Source of the DNA: Trichinella spiralis
Taxonomy: Eukaryota
NCBI RefSeq assembly: GCF_000181795.1
Contig: NW_003526948.1
Span: forward strand, 943,444 to 1,007,443
DNA length: 64,000 nucleotides
Reading direction: 5' to 3'
In this document: one piece after another, positions 25,452 to 42,478 of the stretch
Position numbering within the stretch: position 1 is the stretch's first letter
How the letters are laid out: every line of letters starts with the position of its first letter
Position numbers and translations under genes: made by a program
Notes under the pieces: model-generated
What the model saw: only the letters and a program-made list of their open reading frames with translations
What the model was told of the DNA's origin: nothing
Database searches by the model: none

Positions 25452-26480
25452 TTTAACACAAAATAGTATATACTTATATCAAAACGTTATTTCCTTATAA
25501 CAATCGGAATTTTTAATTGACATACAGTACTTGTATAAATGAATTCAAGTACAATTTCATTAGGGAAAAATTAATTATGGAAACGAGACTGTTTGCGTGT
25601 TGCAGAAATTTTGCACGCTATTTACATGCGTTAAATTTCAGTTCATTACAAAAAATAACTCAATTATGGAAATGATTTAAGAAAATCTTAACTTTTAAAA
25701 TGTTATTCTCAGTTAAAGAGTTACGCATTTTTGAGGCTGAAAAAAGACAGTTAACAATACATAAGCAATCAGAACAACAAACCACTACTTTTAGATAGAG
25801 CGCTACTGTTTTTCTCACATCTATGGTATTTACTTATGACTTCAAAAATTCAATCAAATTGACGGAACTGCTGTCAAACAAAGCTACGAATTTATGCTAA
25901 ACAGCTTAAAATGTATTCATTTCTATAATTAATACGCTTAAAACATTCGATTTTATTAGACGCTGGAACAGTAATAAATTGAAACCTATGATGAAAAATG
26001 TAGACATAAAATTGCTAGTTAGTGTAGTTGTGCGGCTTCATCTTAGCTAGCCTGTAGGTCATTGTTAAAACTGGGTCTAACGCTTCTCATCTTATGGCCA
26101 CTGGTTTTTCTTCTCAGATTCTATGTCAGCTAAGAGTAGTCTGATTTTACGAATTGCTATGGAAGCAGTTATGCAGCATGAGTCAGCAAATTTACTTGCC
26201 ATTTCTAAGCCAAGATCTTACTAACAAATATTTGCTATTATTCTTGAAGAATTCTTGAGCAAAACTGGTCACTCTTTTGAACAGTGACGTTAGCTGAAAA
26301 CACACGTTGCAAGAATGCGGTTAGTCAACAACACAGTTCGTGGAAATTACCTTGACGGACACTGTTAAGAATGCTAAAATTTGCTAGATATTTTTCATCA
26401 ATCCACTTTCCAGCAGTATCTGTTAAATGATATACTACTTTATTAAATTAATTATTATTTAACTGTAAACATTTTTTCTG

Positions 26481-27880
26481 ATGGAATTTAACCGTCCACC
26501 ACTGCCGGTTACAATTATACCAGCAAGTGCTATACGGGCTGACAAGACATTATTGCGAAAAGTTGGCTTAAACAGAAACTTGCTCCAACCTTATCCAGCT
26601 TATGCGTTTTACACACTGCCTTCAGCTCATCCAAAGCGCCAGCAATTTTCCAGCTTGCCCAGTGAACATGCTGCATCATTGAATTTAGCTGCACATACTT
26701 TACCAACTTCACATATTCGTCTCAACACTGTTTCAGGTCCATATAAATATCCTGAACCTTTGTATAAAAAAACTACAACACTTGGTCATTTCAATAATCG
26801 ATACATTGCTACAGCGACCAGACCTTCTCACGTTTATTCCACACATGGAAAATATTCCAAACCAACAACTTATCACGCATGGCTACGCTATGCACTGAAA
26901 GTTATTCAATTGGTAAATATGGAAAAATGTTTTTTATATAAACAATAGCATCATACTGCACTGCATGCATGCATACAATTTAAAATTCTTTTCCATCATT
27001 GAACAGTATCTGTCAAAAGGATTTTATTTCACTTCACATAATGTTATCTGAGTTAAAATTCTTTTATTACTACATTGTTACATTTTCTGATTCACTGAAA
27101 ACAATTTTTAAATCAAAGCATACGTATTAGATATAATTTGATTTTAATAAGCATTTTTACATAAAGCAATTCCATTTGTTTTTTACATAAAAATAGTTGT
27201 AAACACTTGGTAGCTGGCCGTAAGAGTTACGCATATTTGAATTTACAAATATGAATGCAAACGAGCCTTCAAATGCACCAACATATTTGTTATAGGCTTT
27301 AGCTGCTGCAGTATTAGCTTGTGTCATTATTCCAGCAAACAATGAACCATTACAATCATTTTTTGCTAGAACTAAATCACTTGGTCAACTATTTGTCATT
27401 GCAGTGACGATAATTTCACTTGTCATTACATCTATATTTGCCGTGACCGTATTCATGGCCAAAACCTCCTTCACATGGAGAAATGTGGTTAGCCAATTTT
27501 CATTATTCTATTTCTTATTCATTACATTCCTTGAATAGAAAATTCACATTAATTCTTATTAAAGTTATCTAATAAAACAATAATTTTTAGGACAGAATTT
27601 CCAGCGTCGTACTGACCATTTTATACATTGCTGCGACTGGCATGGAAATTTGGTATGCTGCGTGTTATCCACCATTTGGCAAGCATTTTCCTGATTACTG
27701 TCATTCTTCAGTTTGGATGATTGCAGCTGTAAGCATAACTTTGACTTATCTTTCCTACAATTTAAAATATTTTTTTACATATTTTACATATTTTCAATTT
27801 AGATACTTGCATTTTTAAATTTAGTCATTCACGCAACTGATCTGATGTTATCTCTACGTGACGGAGTTAGCTTGCCTTAA
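26481..27880 (+). CDS. MARVEL-like four-TM protein with a long Pro/Thr/His-rich N-terminus (4 exons)
   Basis: Exons 26481-26912, 27296-27487, 27591-27728 and 27803-27880 splice in frame with GT-AG: LKVIQL|ALAAAVLACV..., DRISSVVLTILY..., ILAFLNLVIHATD. Four hydrophobic segments. Confidence 0.7.
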
Positions 27881-28239
27881 TGCCACATTTCACAAAGCTC
27901 ATCAAAATATAGTTGATAAGCAATTCTTCTCTTTGAATTACCACTGTTTTCTTAAAACGAAAATGGTATACATTTTGGAATTCCAACAAAAACATGATAA
28001 TAAACTCAAACTGCATTTAATAAAGAATGCGCTGAATATAAACACATCCATATATGATGAATATCAGATATAAAACTGCAATCAACCTTTTCACTCTGAT
28101 GAAGAAAGAATAAATGGCCAAGAAAAAAATTATCATAATAAAAAGCTTTGATATTCCATTAAGATTGTATAATGCATAAAACTGCAAAGTATTCTTTTAA
28201 TATAGTTTGTGAATTAATGGTACCAAAATATATGCGCAT

Positions 28240-32313
<4,074 letters not shown>

Positions 32314-34099
32314 CTATTCTCTGCAAATAAATCATTCTCATCAAAAATTTACATTCATATGCTGGTGATAATCGTACAAAATTTTTCAATAATTTACATT
32401 TGTCAAATTTTAACAAAAACTAAACAAAAAAATTTCAGTATTCATCTGGTCAATATTAACTCTTACAAAATAAAAGTTCTTTTCTGTTATAAAACAAAAC
32501 GCCACTTTAAATAAAAAATCACCAGATTCCACCAAGCACAAATATTCGACAATTCCCCATTTACAGTATAACAATTGAAAATCATGATCAATCACACTAA
32601 AATTATTTATATTCGTTTGGGAATTCAATGAAATGAATAAATGAAGTAGAAATGAAACATTTTCCATTTCTAATGTGTCAAAATAAGACTAAAGTAGCTA
32701 CTCTATCATCGAGAACATCATATATTACTTGTTTTTACAGTAATCTTTAAGAAAAATCATTTTTATATTTTTAAAAGAATTCAACAAAATAGTACGCCTT
32801 CTGATTTACAATATCAAAATATTTTATTTTTTTATCTAAGATTCATTTTAGCCTGAAAAAGCTTTCAGGCTTATGTCGAAAATGTAGTCGACTGTGCGTG
32901 TGCGTAAAGAACTGAACTGAAATTAAATCAAGATGAAAGTAATCAAATGCAATCTCAAAACTTAATTTTCGCACAATTCAACACAACTATATACTACTGA
33001 AGTATTTTACAAAATCCATAAAAACAAAGTGTCATACCTGGTAGCAAAAATCAGGCTATGTTCGCGACAAAGAAAACGGGTACCAAGCTACAAGGTTAAC
33101 GATATTCCTAAATAGATAAACTTCAAAACTATTTATAAACAAATATAAATCTGATCTTTAAAAAATGAACCATATAAAGAACAAAACATTGAGCCGCACA
33201 ATCATTCAATAAACACAATAATGTACAATGAAAGTTCATATTACAGTATGACAAAGATACTCAATAAACAATATCCAGTACCTGTACAGTACATTACAAA
33301 AATGTTTAAAAATATTGCAGAAGGAAACTTGCGTTAAATCTGCGCTAAAATGTTATTACAGCAGTAACTGTTTGTATTTAAATAAGATCAATCTGTTTAC
33401 AAACATTTTTTTAAATTTGCGTGAAACAAATGAAATATCTTGTTCTACATTACTTATCTATGTGAATTCGCATATGATCAAATTTTAAAGCAGTAATATA
33501 ACAACCGACACAGGGAAAGGAAAAATAATTAATTTTCAAAAACGTTAGGCATCATTTTCTTAAAGTTAGTTATGTAGTTATATATAGTAAATTTCAATAA
33601 CGGCGCTTGCATAAACTTAATTTTCCACAATATTTTCGGCACAGTACGATTAGTCAAATATTATTTTTTGGTTTCTAAGTCACTGATCAACAAAGAAATT
33701 AGTTGTTCGACTTCTGGTATTTCACAGTGCACATCACTTTTATATTTGGTCTTAGATTTAATCCTATAAAATGAATTATTTTGCTACACGGTAAAGCCTA
33801 ATTTTATTTTTTTAATTTAATTATTTATTATATTGTATAAAACCGAATATTCAGAATAGTCGTTTTGCAATCTACTATTTATTCTGAAATCTAGTTAATA
33901 ATTTGTATAGGAAAAGTTCATGAAGTAAAATCTTGAATTACAAAAGGCTGGAGTTATTAGAAAATGAGTTCCTGAGTGAAAAACTTATTAAAGGAAAAAA
34001 GATTTCTGGTCGAAGTTACGGTCATGTATTAAAGTACGAAACTTTTAGGCAGTATTGTCGCACTTGAAATGCAGTTTTCTCTTGCAAGATTGATGACCC

Positions 34100-37089
34100 A
34101 TGTTGCCATTGCTTCATTTGATATGCGGACGCAGCTTTCGTTTAGATCTCTCTTTTACAGCATGTGCCTCAGTTGCTGCTTTTCTTGGCTGGTTTCTTGG
34201 TGGTTATTTTTTGGAATTAGATTTTGGCAAAAACGAATCTTTGGTAGTGAACAGAACTATTTCGACATCGTACATAGGGAAACATAGAGCATCAAAGAAA
34301 TATGAACAAATAAGAGCGTTTTATAATTGCAATTCATGGAGTTGCTTCAATCCATACCGTTGTGCATCCTACGGCTCGAAGACATTGGCTTTTTATGCAA
34401 TTTGGGATGATGAATATTTTTTACTAAATACGACAAAATTGTCTGCTTTGCGAAAACTGCTTTATAATCATACTTATTTGAAAAAGTACTTCATCACAAA
34501 ACACAGCGAAGCATGTTTGTCAGTCTTCTTTGTCCAGCCAGACATACACAACAGCTCTTTGCTCAGCGAACTGTTTTCCACAATACCTAGGTGACTATTT
34601 TTATCAGAACAGCAAAAGTTGTGATACTATTTACCTTATTGTTTGATGTGATTAAAATGGAATTTATTTTCAGTTGGTACGAAGGCGAAAACAGTTTGAT
34701 TTTCGACTTAATTGTCGATCGTTATCCAACGAATGACAAATTATTTGCTAATATGAAAACTGGGAAAGCAATGATTGCTTCGTGCAGATTACAGAAATTT
34801 CTATATCGTAAAGATTTTGATTTGAAACTTCCGTACCTAATACCAACGGCTGGACAGCAAACAGTTTTCCAAACACGTCACAGGTAATGTTGTTCACAAT
34901 TTTTAAAAGGCCATTGAAGAAGATGATGTTTTTTTGGTTTATACTGCAGACCAAGACTTTGGCTCATTGCCATTGCGCAACCACTGACCAATCGTCGAAT
35001 GCAGAAAGAAATCAGATTGCTTGCAAATCATTCTCCGTTGGATATTCTTGTACTTTCAACATGTTCCCTACTTCACATACGCAAACATTGTTCCCTTCGT
35101 GGTCATTTGGTATCATACCCCGAAATTTTGCAGGTCAAACATTTACAAAAATTTTTTTTGTACTTTGACTTGATAATATTTTAGCAGGTCCATTTTTGCC
35201 TTATATTCGGTGATTCGTTGTTGGCAATGATTGAGTTGAGTTATTCACTAATGACAGGATGCATCCCCATTATTGTTGGTAATAATTGCGTACTGCCTTT
35301 TGAAGAACTTATCGACTGGTCTCGGTGAGCATTGTTCAATCTTATTAACATAATTTTTACTTTGTTTATATAGATGCTCATTACGCATTGCTAATGAACA
35401 TTTACATCTGGTAATCAAGAAGTTGAAAGAGAATTATCCACCGAAACGAATTGAGATTCTACGTAATTATGGTCAGTGGATTTGGAAGAATCATTTTGCA
35501 TCTTTTGAAACAGTAATGCTCAGCGTATTCAGTGCACTTGAGCGGCGTTTATTCTCTCTACCTCCATTTTTGTGGACAGCAAGGAATTTAATTCTTGACA
35601 AAGTTAGTTTATACTTGTATTTCTCAAACTGTATGTTTGTTTATTTGTCATTTTTTTAAAGTCAAGCAGGCTGCTCGATAATCAACCATTGTTATTTTTA
35701 AATCGAAAGACTGTGTCAAATGGATTTACTAGTCTAATATTAAGTCGTGGTCAACAAGCGCAGCTGCTCAATATTCTCACTGTGCTAGCTCAGGTTTCCT
35801 TTTGTAAGCATGTGATTGTCTCTTGGTCAGGTGGTTTGCCAACATTTTCCAAAGGTAAATTTATTTTTAAGCACTTTTTTGACGAAATTACTTTTGAAAG
35901 CAGTTTTTATTACATGATTTCAGTTTTAAAAGTCATAAAATGTAATTGAATTCATCATCGTTAATATATACTTTGTATTATGAAATTTAAAGGAACTGAA
36001 GGACGATAAGATTAAAAGGAATGAAGAATGGAAAGATTTTGTTTTTTTGTTATTAACGAATGAATTATGCTTTTTATAATTGTTCTTAAAAATCTGTTGT
36101 TACAGTACGACAGTTTACTGTAATATTTTTTTGGTATTTCTAAACAATATTAGAAAGGTGAAACGCCAGTTGTCTGCCAGGAAAAAAATGTTGTAAAAAG
36201 AGATAATTAATTATAAACCTGTAACTGTACAAAAAAAGTTAATTTTTTTCAGTATATGATGTTCACTATAGGTAATTACTGTTATATACATAAATAAACA
36301 GGAAAAAAGATCATAAACAAAATTTCCATTACAATTCGCAATGCTTTACATGTTTTAGAATGGTACACATTACTGAATAGTTTAAAAGTAACGTTTTTGT
36401 TCAGCGAAGAAGGCCACTTCAGGTAAAACTTGCAGCTGGTGTACTTGTATCGTTACACTGTAATTTTATTCAGAATTCCCAATGCAAAAAAAATTCACGA
36501 AGAAGCAGTACTACTAATAGATGAGTGTGACTGCATAACAGCTTCAGGAATTGAAGCTGCTTTCAACGTGGGAAGATTTTCTTAACAAAACTGCATAATC
36601 AAAAATCCTTTTTTCATATTTAAGGTTTGGCAACAGTCTCCTTCACAGCTGGTCATCCTGGAAGAATATGCTGGTAGCAAGGTTAGCATCAGTTCCGGTG
36701 CAATATTTCACAAAGTTTGTTGCTGTTTTTCTTTAAATTTCGTATAACAATGCAGCAGTGTTTTCTTTTCTTTCAGTTTTATACTTATGTAGCAAACAAG
36801 CTGAAATCATCAACTGCTAATGCATGCGAAAAAGCAATTTTCGAGATGCTGATTGCTCAGGCAACGAAATTTCCAATTCTCAAAGTGATTCATAACCAAA
36901 TTGAAACAACTGCTTGTTTTCATTTTATACCTTGAACATATTTAGGTCGATGTTGGGCAGTTTCGAAATCATCTTGTTGACAAATGTTTTTCAAATGGAA
37001 TACAAGCTTTCTGTTCCTCGCTGATGATGCAATATGTTAATCACATAAATGAATCTGATTTTTATGCCTATGCGGTAAATAACAAATAA
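34100..37089 (+). CDS. Divergent exostosin (EXT1/EXT2-like; GT47 plus GT64-like domains)
   Basis: N-terminal TM, CNSWSCFNPYRC, EACL, YRKDFDL, GCIPIIVGNNCVLPFEELIDW, GQWIWKNHF, FTSLIL, IVSWS, EAVLLIDE...AFNVWQQ. Confidence 0.8.
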
Positions 37090-37217
37090 AATCCAATCTA
37101 AAATGTTTTATTAATCACTTGACTAGATTTCAATACGGACCTTAAGGAAATTCTCATACTGATAACTTTAAATACCACAAAATTACTGCATCAAATTTTG
37201 GTTTAGTGTAATGAAAT

Positions 37218-38390
37218 CTAAGCGTTAGCTTTAGACGATTCTGCAACTGGATCAGGTTTGCTAGACAAACCAGTTAACAGCATTTTGATTTTCGCAATTG
37301 CCTTTGCCGGATCCAATCCCTAAAACAAACCGAAAAAGAAAAAATACAATCGTAATTCACAGGAAACAATAACAAACCTTCGGACAAGCTTTAGTGCAAT
37401 TTAAGATGGTGTGACAACGGAACGCAGAGAATGCATCGTGAATTTTCTCTAAACGTTCTTTGCAAAAATGATCACGAGAATCAATCATCCAACGATAAGC
37501 TTGCAACAAGATTGCTGGACCCAAATACTTATCTTGATTCCACCAATAAGATGGGCATGAAGTTGAACAACATGCGCAAAGAATGCATTCATACAAGCCA
37601 TCCTGTAAACCCTCGTATTAAAAAGAAAATAACAACGACGAAGATTATATCTCACCAAGCGACTTCGTTCTTCCGGTGTCTGAAACAGTTGCTTCTCACC
37701 GTAAACGTATTTTTCCTTGCGCTTCAACCATGGATCAATAGACCGATACTGCTGATAGAATAAGCTCATATCCTAAAACAAAATCATACAAACACATATA
37801 TGCATACAACAACAAAAGCAAGTCGTACCGGAACCAAGTCTTTGATAACGTACATATGTGGTAATGGATAAATTTTAGCTGGCTTGTTTAAGTTGGTGTC
37901 AATTTTGCTGAAACACAGAAGGTGCTTGAATATGATAAAGTTAAAATATTATACGAACAAACCAAATGCAAGCAAGCGTATTTTCACCGTTAATGTTCAT
38001 TGCACATGATCCGCATATACCTAAATTACATTTTCAATATGCCAACAGCAAGCAATGCACGAATTAAAGTGAAAACCTTCACGACAAGAACGGCGAAAAG
38101 TCAACGTTGCATCTTGCTCGTTTTTGATCTTGATCAATGCATCCAAAATCATAGGGCCACAATTAAGCAAGTCAACATTGTAAGTTTGCAAATACGGCTT
38201 TGAATTAGGCTTTTCAGGATCATAACGATAAATCTGAAATTGTTTCATACCGGCGGTAGTCGAGCCATAACGAGCACCCTAAACATTAAATTTATTTAAA
38301 TTTTTCAGAAAAACTCACAACATCGCTTACCATCAAACACAACGTATTGTAATACTTTGGAACAGATATTACATTAAACGTGCGAATCAT
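37218..38390 (-). CDS. SDHB: Succinate dehydrogenase iron-sulfur subunit
   Basis: [60 protein letters not shown]. Confidence 0.98.
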
Positions 38391-38903
38391 TGCGAAATCA
38401 ATCTAAAAAAAGAAAAATAACGCAGTGCTTCACTAAAAAATAATTTTTTCATGTAATATTCAAACAAAATTTAATCATATAACTCTCAAAAGAATCGCGG
38501 GCACAAAACACATCAACACTACCCACAACGTGCCAACACCGCAAAACAATGCATTACGGTATCCCACGTTATTAAAATGATCAAGTTCATTTCACAGTTT
38601 TGAAATTAAAAATATAGTGATAAAGATCTTAAATATATAAAAAAGTAAATTATCTTTATTTTTATTAAAAATTAAAGGAAGGTTTAATATTTTAATGAAT
38701 AAAAAAGAATTAGGCAACAGCATTTTTCAACGTTAATTAAAAATTTTCATTGGCCATTCAGCACACAATCTGATTGGTTAGTCTTGTTCGGCCAACAGTT
38801 TTTAAATTTCAATAATGAAAAAAATTAATTTTAACACATAAATATTAACTGTTTACTTTAATATTTTAAATTACATTACATTTTAAAAATGCTGTTACCA
38901 CAT

Positions 38904-40287
38904 TTACTGTAACTTTTCAAAAAGCAATTCATTTTGAAATGCCAAACACTGATAACCAATGCTAAGAGTATTCGGAAATAAATTTCTAGCAAAAAGTTCA
39001 AGACATTTCGGATTCGTTTTCAAATAAGAAGCAAAAACTTTGAAAAGTGGTGGTTTGTGAGAGGCGACAGCATTGGGAACAGCAACAAGAATTCTCTTCA
39101 CAGGAATATCAAACGATGAATTTTTATTTTTGGTCGCAAGTAGAATATTTTCAAATGGCAATTTATAATCATGCCAAAATGGTCGAACAAATTCTCCATA
39201 ACGGGTAACCTATAAATATGATAAAATTAGTAGAAACAAACAATTTTCTAAATACGGACCTTCAACCAATGCCACAATCCGATAAACTGCAAGTTCCATT
39301 GATTAAGAAGCACATTTTTTGCAAACTTTAGCAAACGATCGTTATTGGTCATCCATAAAACTACGATTCCATTGTCAGAAAGCAACGAATCTATTGTTAA
39401 CTTGCACAATTCTGACTCATCTATCGTTTCGTAGCTAAACTAAAACAAGCTAACGCTTTCTAAGTATAACACGCTGAAATATCTATTTACCACCGCTTTC
39501 GACGAACTCCTCGATTGGACCATGGAGGATCAATGACAATAAAATCAAATTTTTCGTTTGCTATAAAAAGTTTTTGCAATTTTTCTTTAAATAAAAAAAT
39601 TAACATACAAAAATAAAACTTAAATATACGTACCTTCGTTTAGTAATTTCACACTAGTGAAAACATCACCAGTGATAAACTGTGCTTTAGGTGGAATAAT
39701 ATAGAGTTGGTTAGCGTGAGAAATGGATGCAAAACGTTCACTTTCATTGTAATACAAAATTGGATAAAACACAGCTTCATCAAATTTCGACTCTTTCACT
39801 TCGACACGTCTAATATCTGTGAAACATGCATCTATGCATTTGAAGCTTGGTGGCAATGTTGGAAGCGACTTAACGTATGCTGTGGCGATTGAGCGCGCAT
39901 TTGCATTGTTATTTTTGACAGTTAACGTTGAAAGATGCAAAAAAAAGCCACAATGAAAGCCACTGGAAATTATTAATGATCCAAATGTTTTTACATGTTC
40001 AATGTATTCATTGCAAGTTGAAGAAACTGCTTTATGAACGTGCTTTCGAGCTTTCACTCGTCTTTTGCCACCACGTTCCAATTTTTCAAATTCTGTTTGC
40101 ATTAAAAAAGGTTCATTTATAAAAAACAAATCTCTTTTATATCGATATCTTAAAATAATAAAGTAAACAATTATGAAAAGAATTAAAAAGGCATAAAATT
40201 TATGTACTTTGCATCAGCATATAGTTCATCATAGAACTGTAATTCATCAATGATGTAGCCTGAGTCGTTACTGAAGATTATAGACAT
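38904..40287 (-). CDS. METTL4: MT-A70 family N6-adenine methyltransferase (METTL4/DAMT-1-like)
   Basis: IIPPKAQFITGD, FDFIVIDPPWSNR, VFLWMTN, LWHWLKVT, HKLPFE, SHKPPL, LELFARNL. Confidence 0.85.
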
Positions 40288-40522
40288 TATAAAATATGTT
40301 TAGTGAAAAGTCAGAAAAAATTTTAATTTATCATTTATTCAAATGAAGTTCAACACATCTTCACGTTACAGAGTTTTATGATAATCAGGTACATTCAACT
40401 CTGAAAAAGAAAAGTTTTTCAACTGTTCATATGATGCACAAATGTACATATGTGCATAAATATATGATGAAAAAATTCCAATTATTTGATCCAATTATTT
40501 TCCATTTTATTATTATTATATA

Positions 40523-40685
40523 CAGTAGCGTTGATAAGGGGGAATGGAGAGAGAAGACTTGGGCGGCTTCCGCCCCTCCGTTGGGAAAAATTCTATGCAA
40601 CTCTCACTATGTCCAACCCCTGGATCCCAAATAAATCTTCTGGATACTGTATCCGCCCCCTATAAATTAAACGTATCAACGCCCC

Positions 40686-40687
<2 letters not shown>
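40523..40687. mobile_element. 165-bp hAT-type MITE with an 8-bp target-site duplication
   Basis: Imperfect TIRs cagtagcgttgata / tatcaacgccccta, flanked by attatata at 40515-40522 and 40688-40695. GC-rich interior. Confidence 0.7.
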
Positions 40688-40731
<44 letters not shown>

Positions 40732-41362
40732 ACCAGTCTAAAATGCATAATATATTTGCCATACGTAAGATAAAGAAATTATAGTGAAATAAAGAGAGCA
40801 CAACATCATGCGTAAATTTCTTTAAGCATTTACCACGACAACAATAAAAAGGCTATTAATAAGAAGTACAGTATGCATAAAGTTATTTAATTATCGTAAT
40901 TTAAGAGAGACTTTAATAGAATTTTTAAAAATAAATCATTAAAACTTAATATAAATCATCTTATGGATAACTTATTAACAAATCTACTTAGCTTTTTACA
41001 CTTGAAAAATTGTCTACATATTTATTGATTTAGATACTTATTTATTTACATACAGGGAGAAAAACAAATGTGCTAAAATCTGTGTAATAATGCATTCTAA
41101 CAAGGACTTGCACTTGGTACAAATAGTTTTATGCTGTTGATTAATTTTCCTTTTGTATACTGTATTATACTGAATGTCAAAAATAGCAAGTTATGCATTA
41201 TATTAATTGAATTTTTTCTTAAAATTCTATGTTACTTTATAATTGTTACTCTTTTGAATGCAATTGTTGAGATTTTACCTCTTTGTTAAACAGTTAAAAC
41301 CTGCATTTTTAAATAATGCTGTAATTTTTAACGTATAAATACTTCTTAATAAAAATTTTGAC

Positions 41363-42423
41363 ATGGTATGAAATTTTTGTTTCGTTTTTGTTTTTCATAA
41401 GCTACTTTCTAACAACATTGTTCAGGGGATAGTTACTTTTCAAATGGTTCTTACTCTTATTGCGGCAACTGTTTTGCAGAAAATAGTGGCACGATGGTCT
41501 TTTGGGAAATATATTCTCAGTGGAAAGTAATGATTTAATGAATTAACAACGAATTGAATACATTTTTAAAATACAGGTATTATCGTTTCCTTCCTCCATC
41601 AGAAGAAGAATTGCTACGTCTTTCTGGTAAAACATCATCTCCTAGCAAAAGTCAAAGGCGCAAAACGTAAAAGAAATGCCATTATTTCTTTTGAAAGTTT
41701 AATTAATGTGTAAAAAATAACTTTAAGCTTTCATGGAGATAGTCGTCAGCATTCTGATTCAAATATTCGAATTTCAAAGCATGATTTAGACTTGCGATTG
41801 CGATTTAGTCGTATTCAACACCTTGATTTACTAAATTTGCCTTTTTATTCTGAGTTTGATTGGCTACTTAATGTTACTTTTGTAACAGTTTCAGTATTTT
41901 GCATCAGCAGCTTATATGAATTGCTTTTTCCTGTCAAGGCAGCCAGCGATTGTAAAATATCCATCATTTGGTATTTTATATTGGCTACTTTATGCTTGTA
42001 TGTATACGGCGTTTTCAAGTGCAAAATTTGGCACAGGCTCTGTTGTTTCTTAGAAGTAACATGACTCGAATTACGGCTGTTTATTTTAAGCAGAATAACA
42101 GCTCAGGTGAACGTTCAGTGTGCATTTGCATTGGTGCATTATCATTTCTAATTACGATGATTCTTTTGGTGTTCAATCCAATTCTTCTCGATGTAGGAAT
42201 TGATGAGTGTAAGTAAAAACATTTGCTTGTGTAATCCAAGGTTATATTGCTTTTAGTTGAGAAATGAAAGTTAATAAACAGTCAATGCCTTGCATTAATT
42301 GTAATATATCCGTTTATGTTCATTGGTATATAGTTTTTCTTTTTTCAGCTTTTCGAAACTTTTCGTTGGCATCTGAAAAATTATTCTCAGACCAAGGAAT
42401 CACTTTACAGTAAACAATTTTGT

Positions 42424-42478
<55 letters not shown>

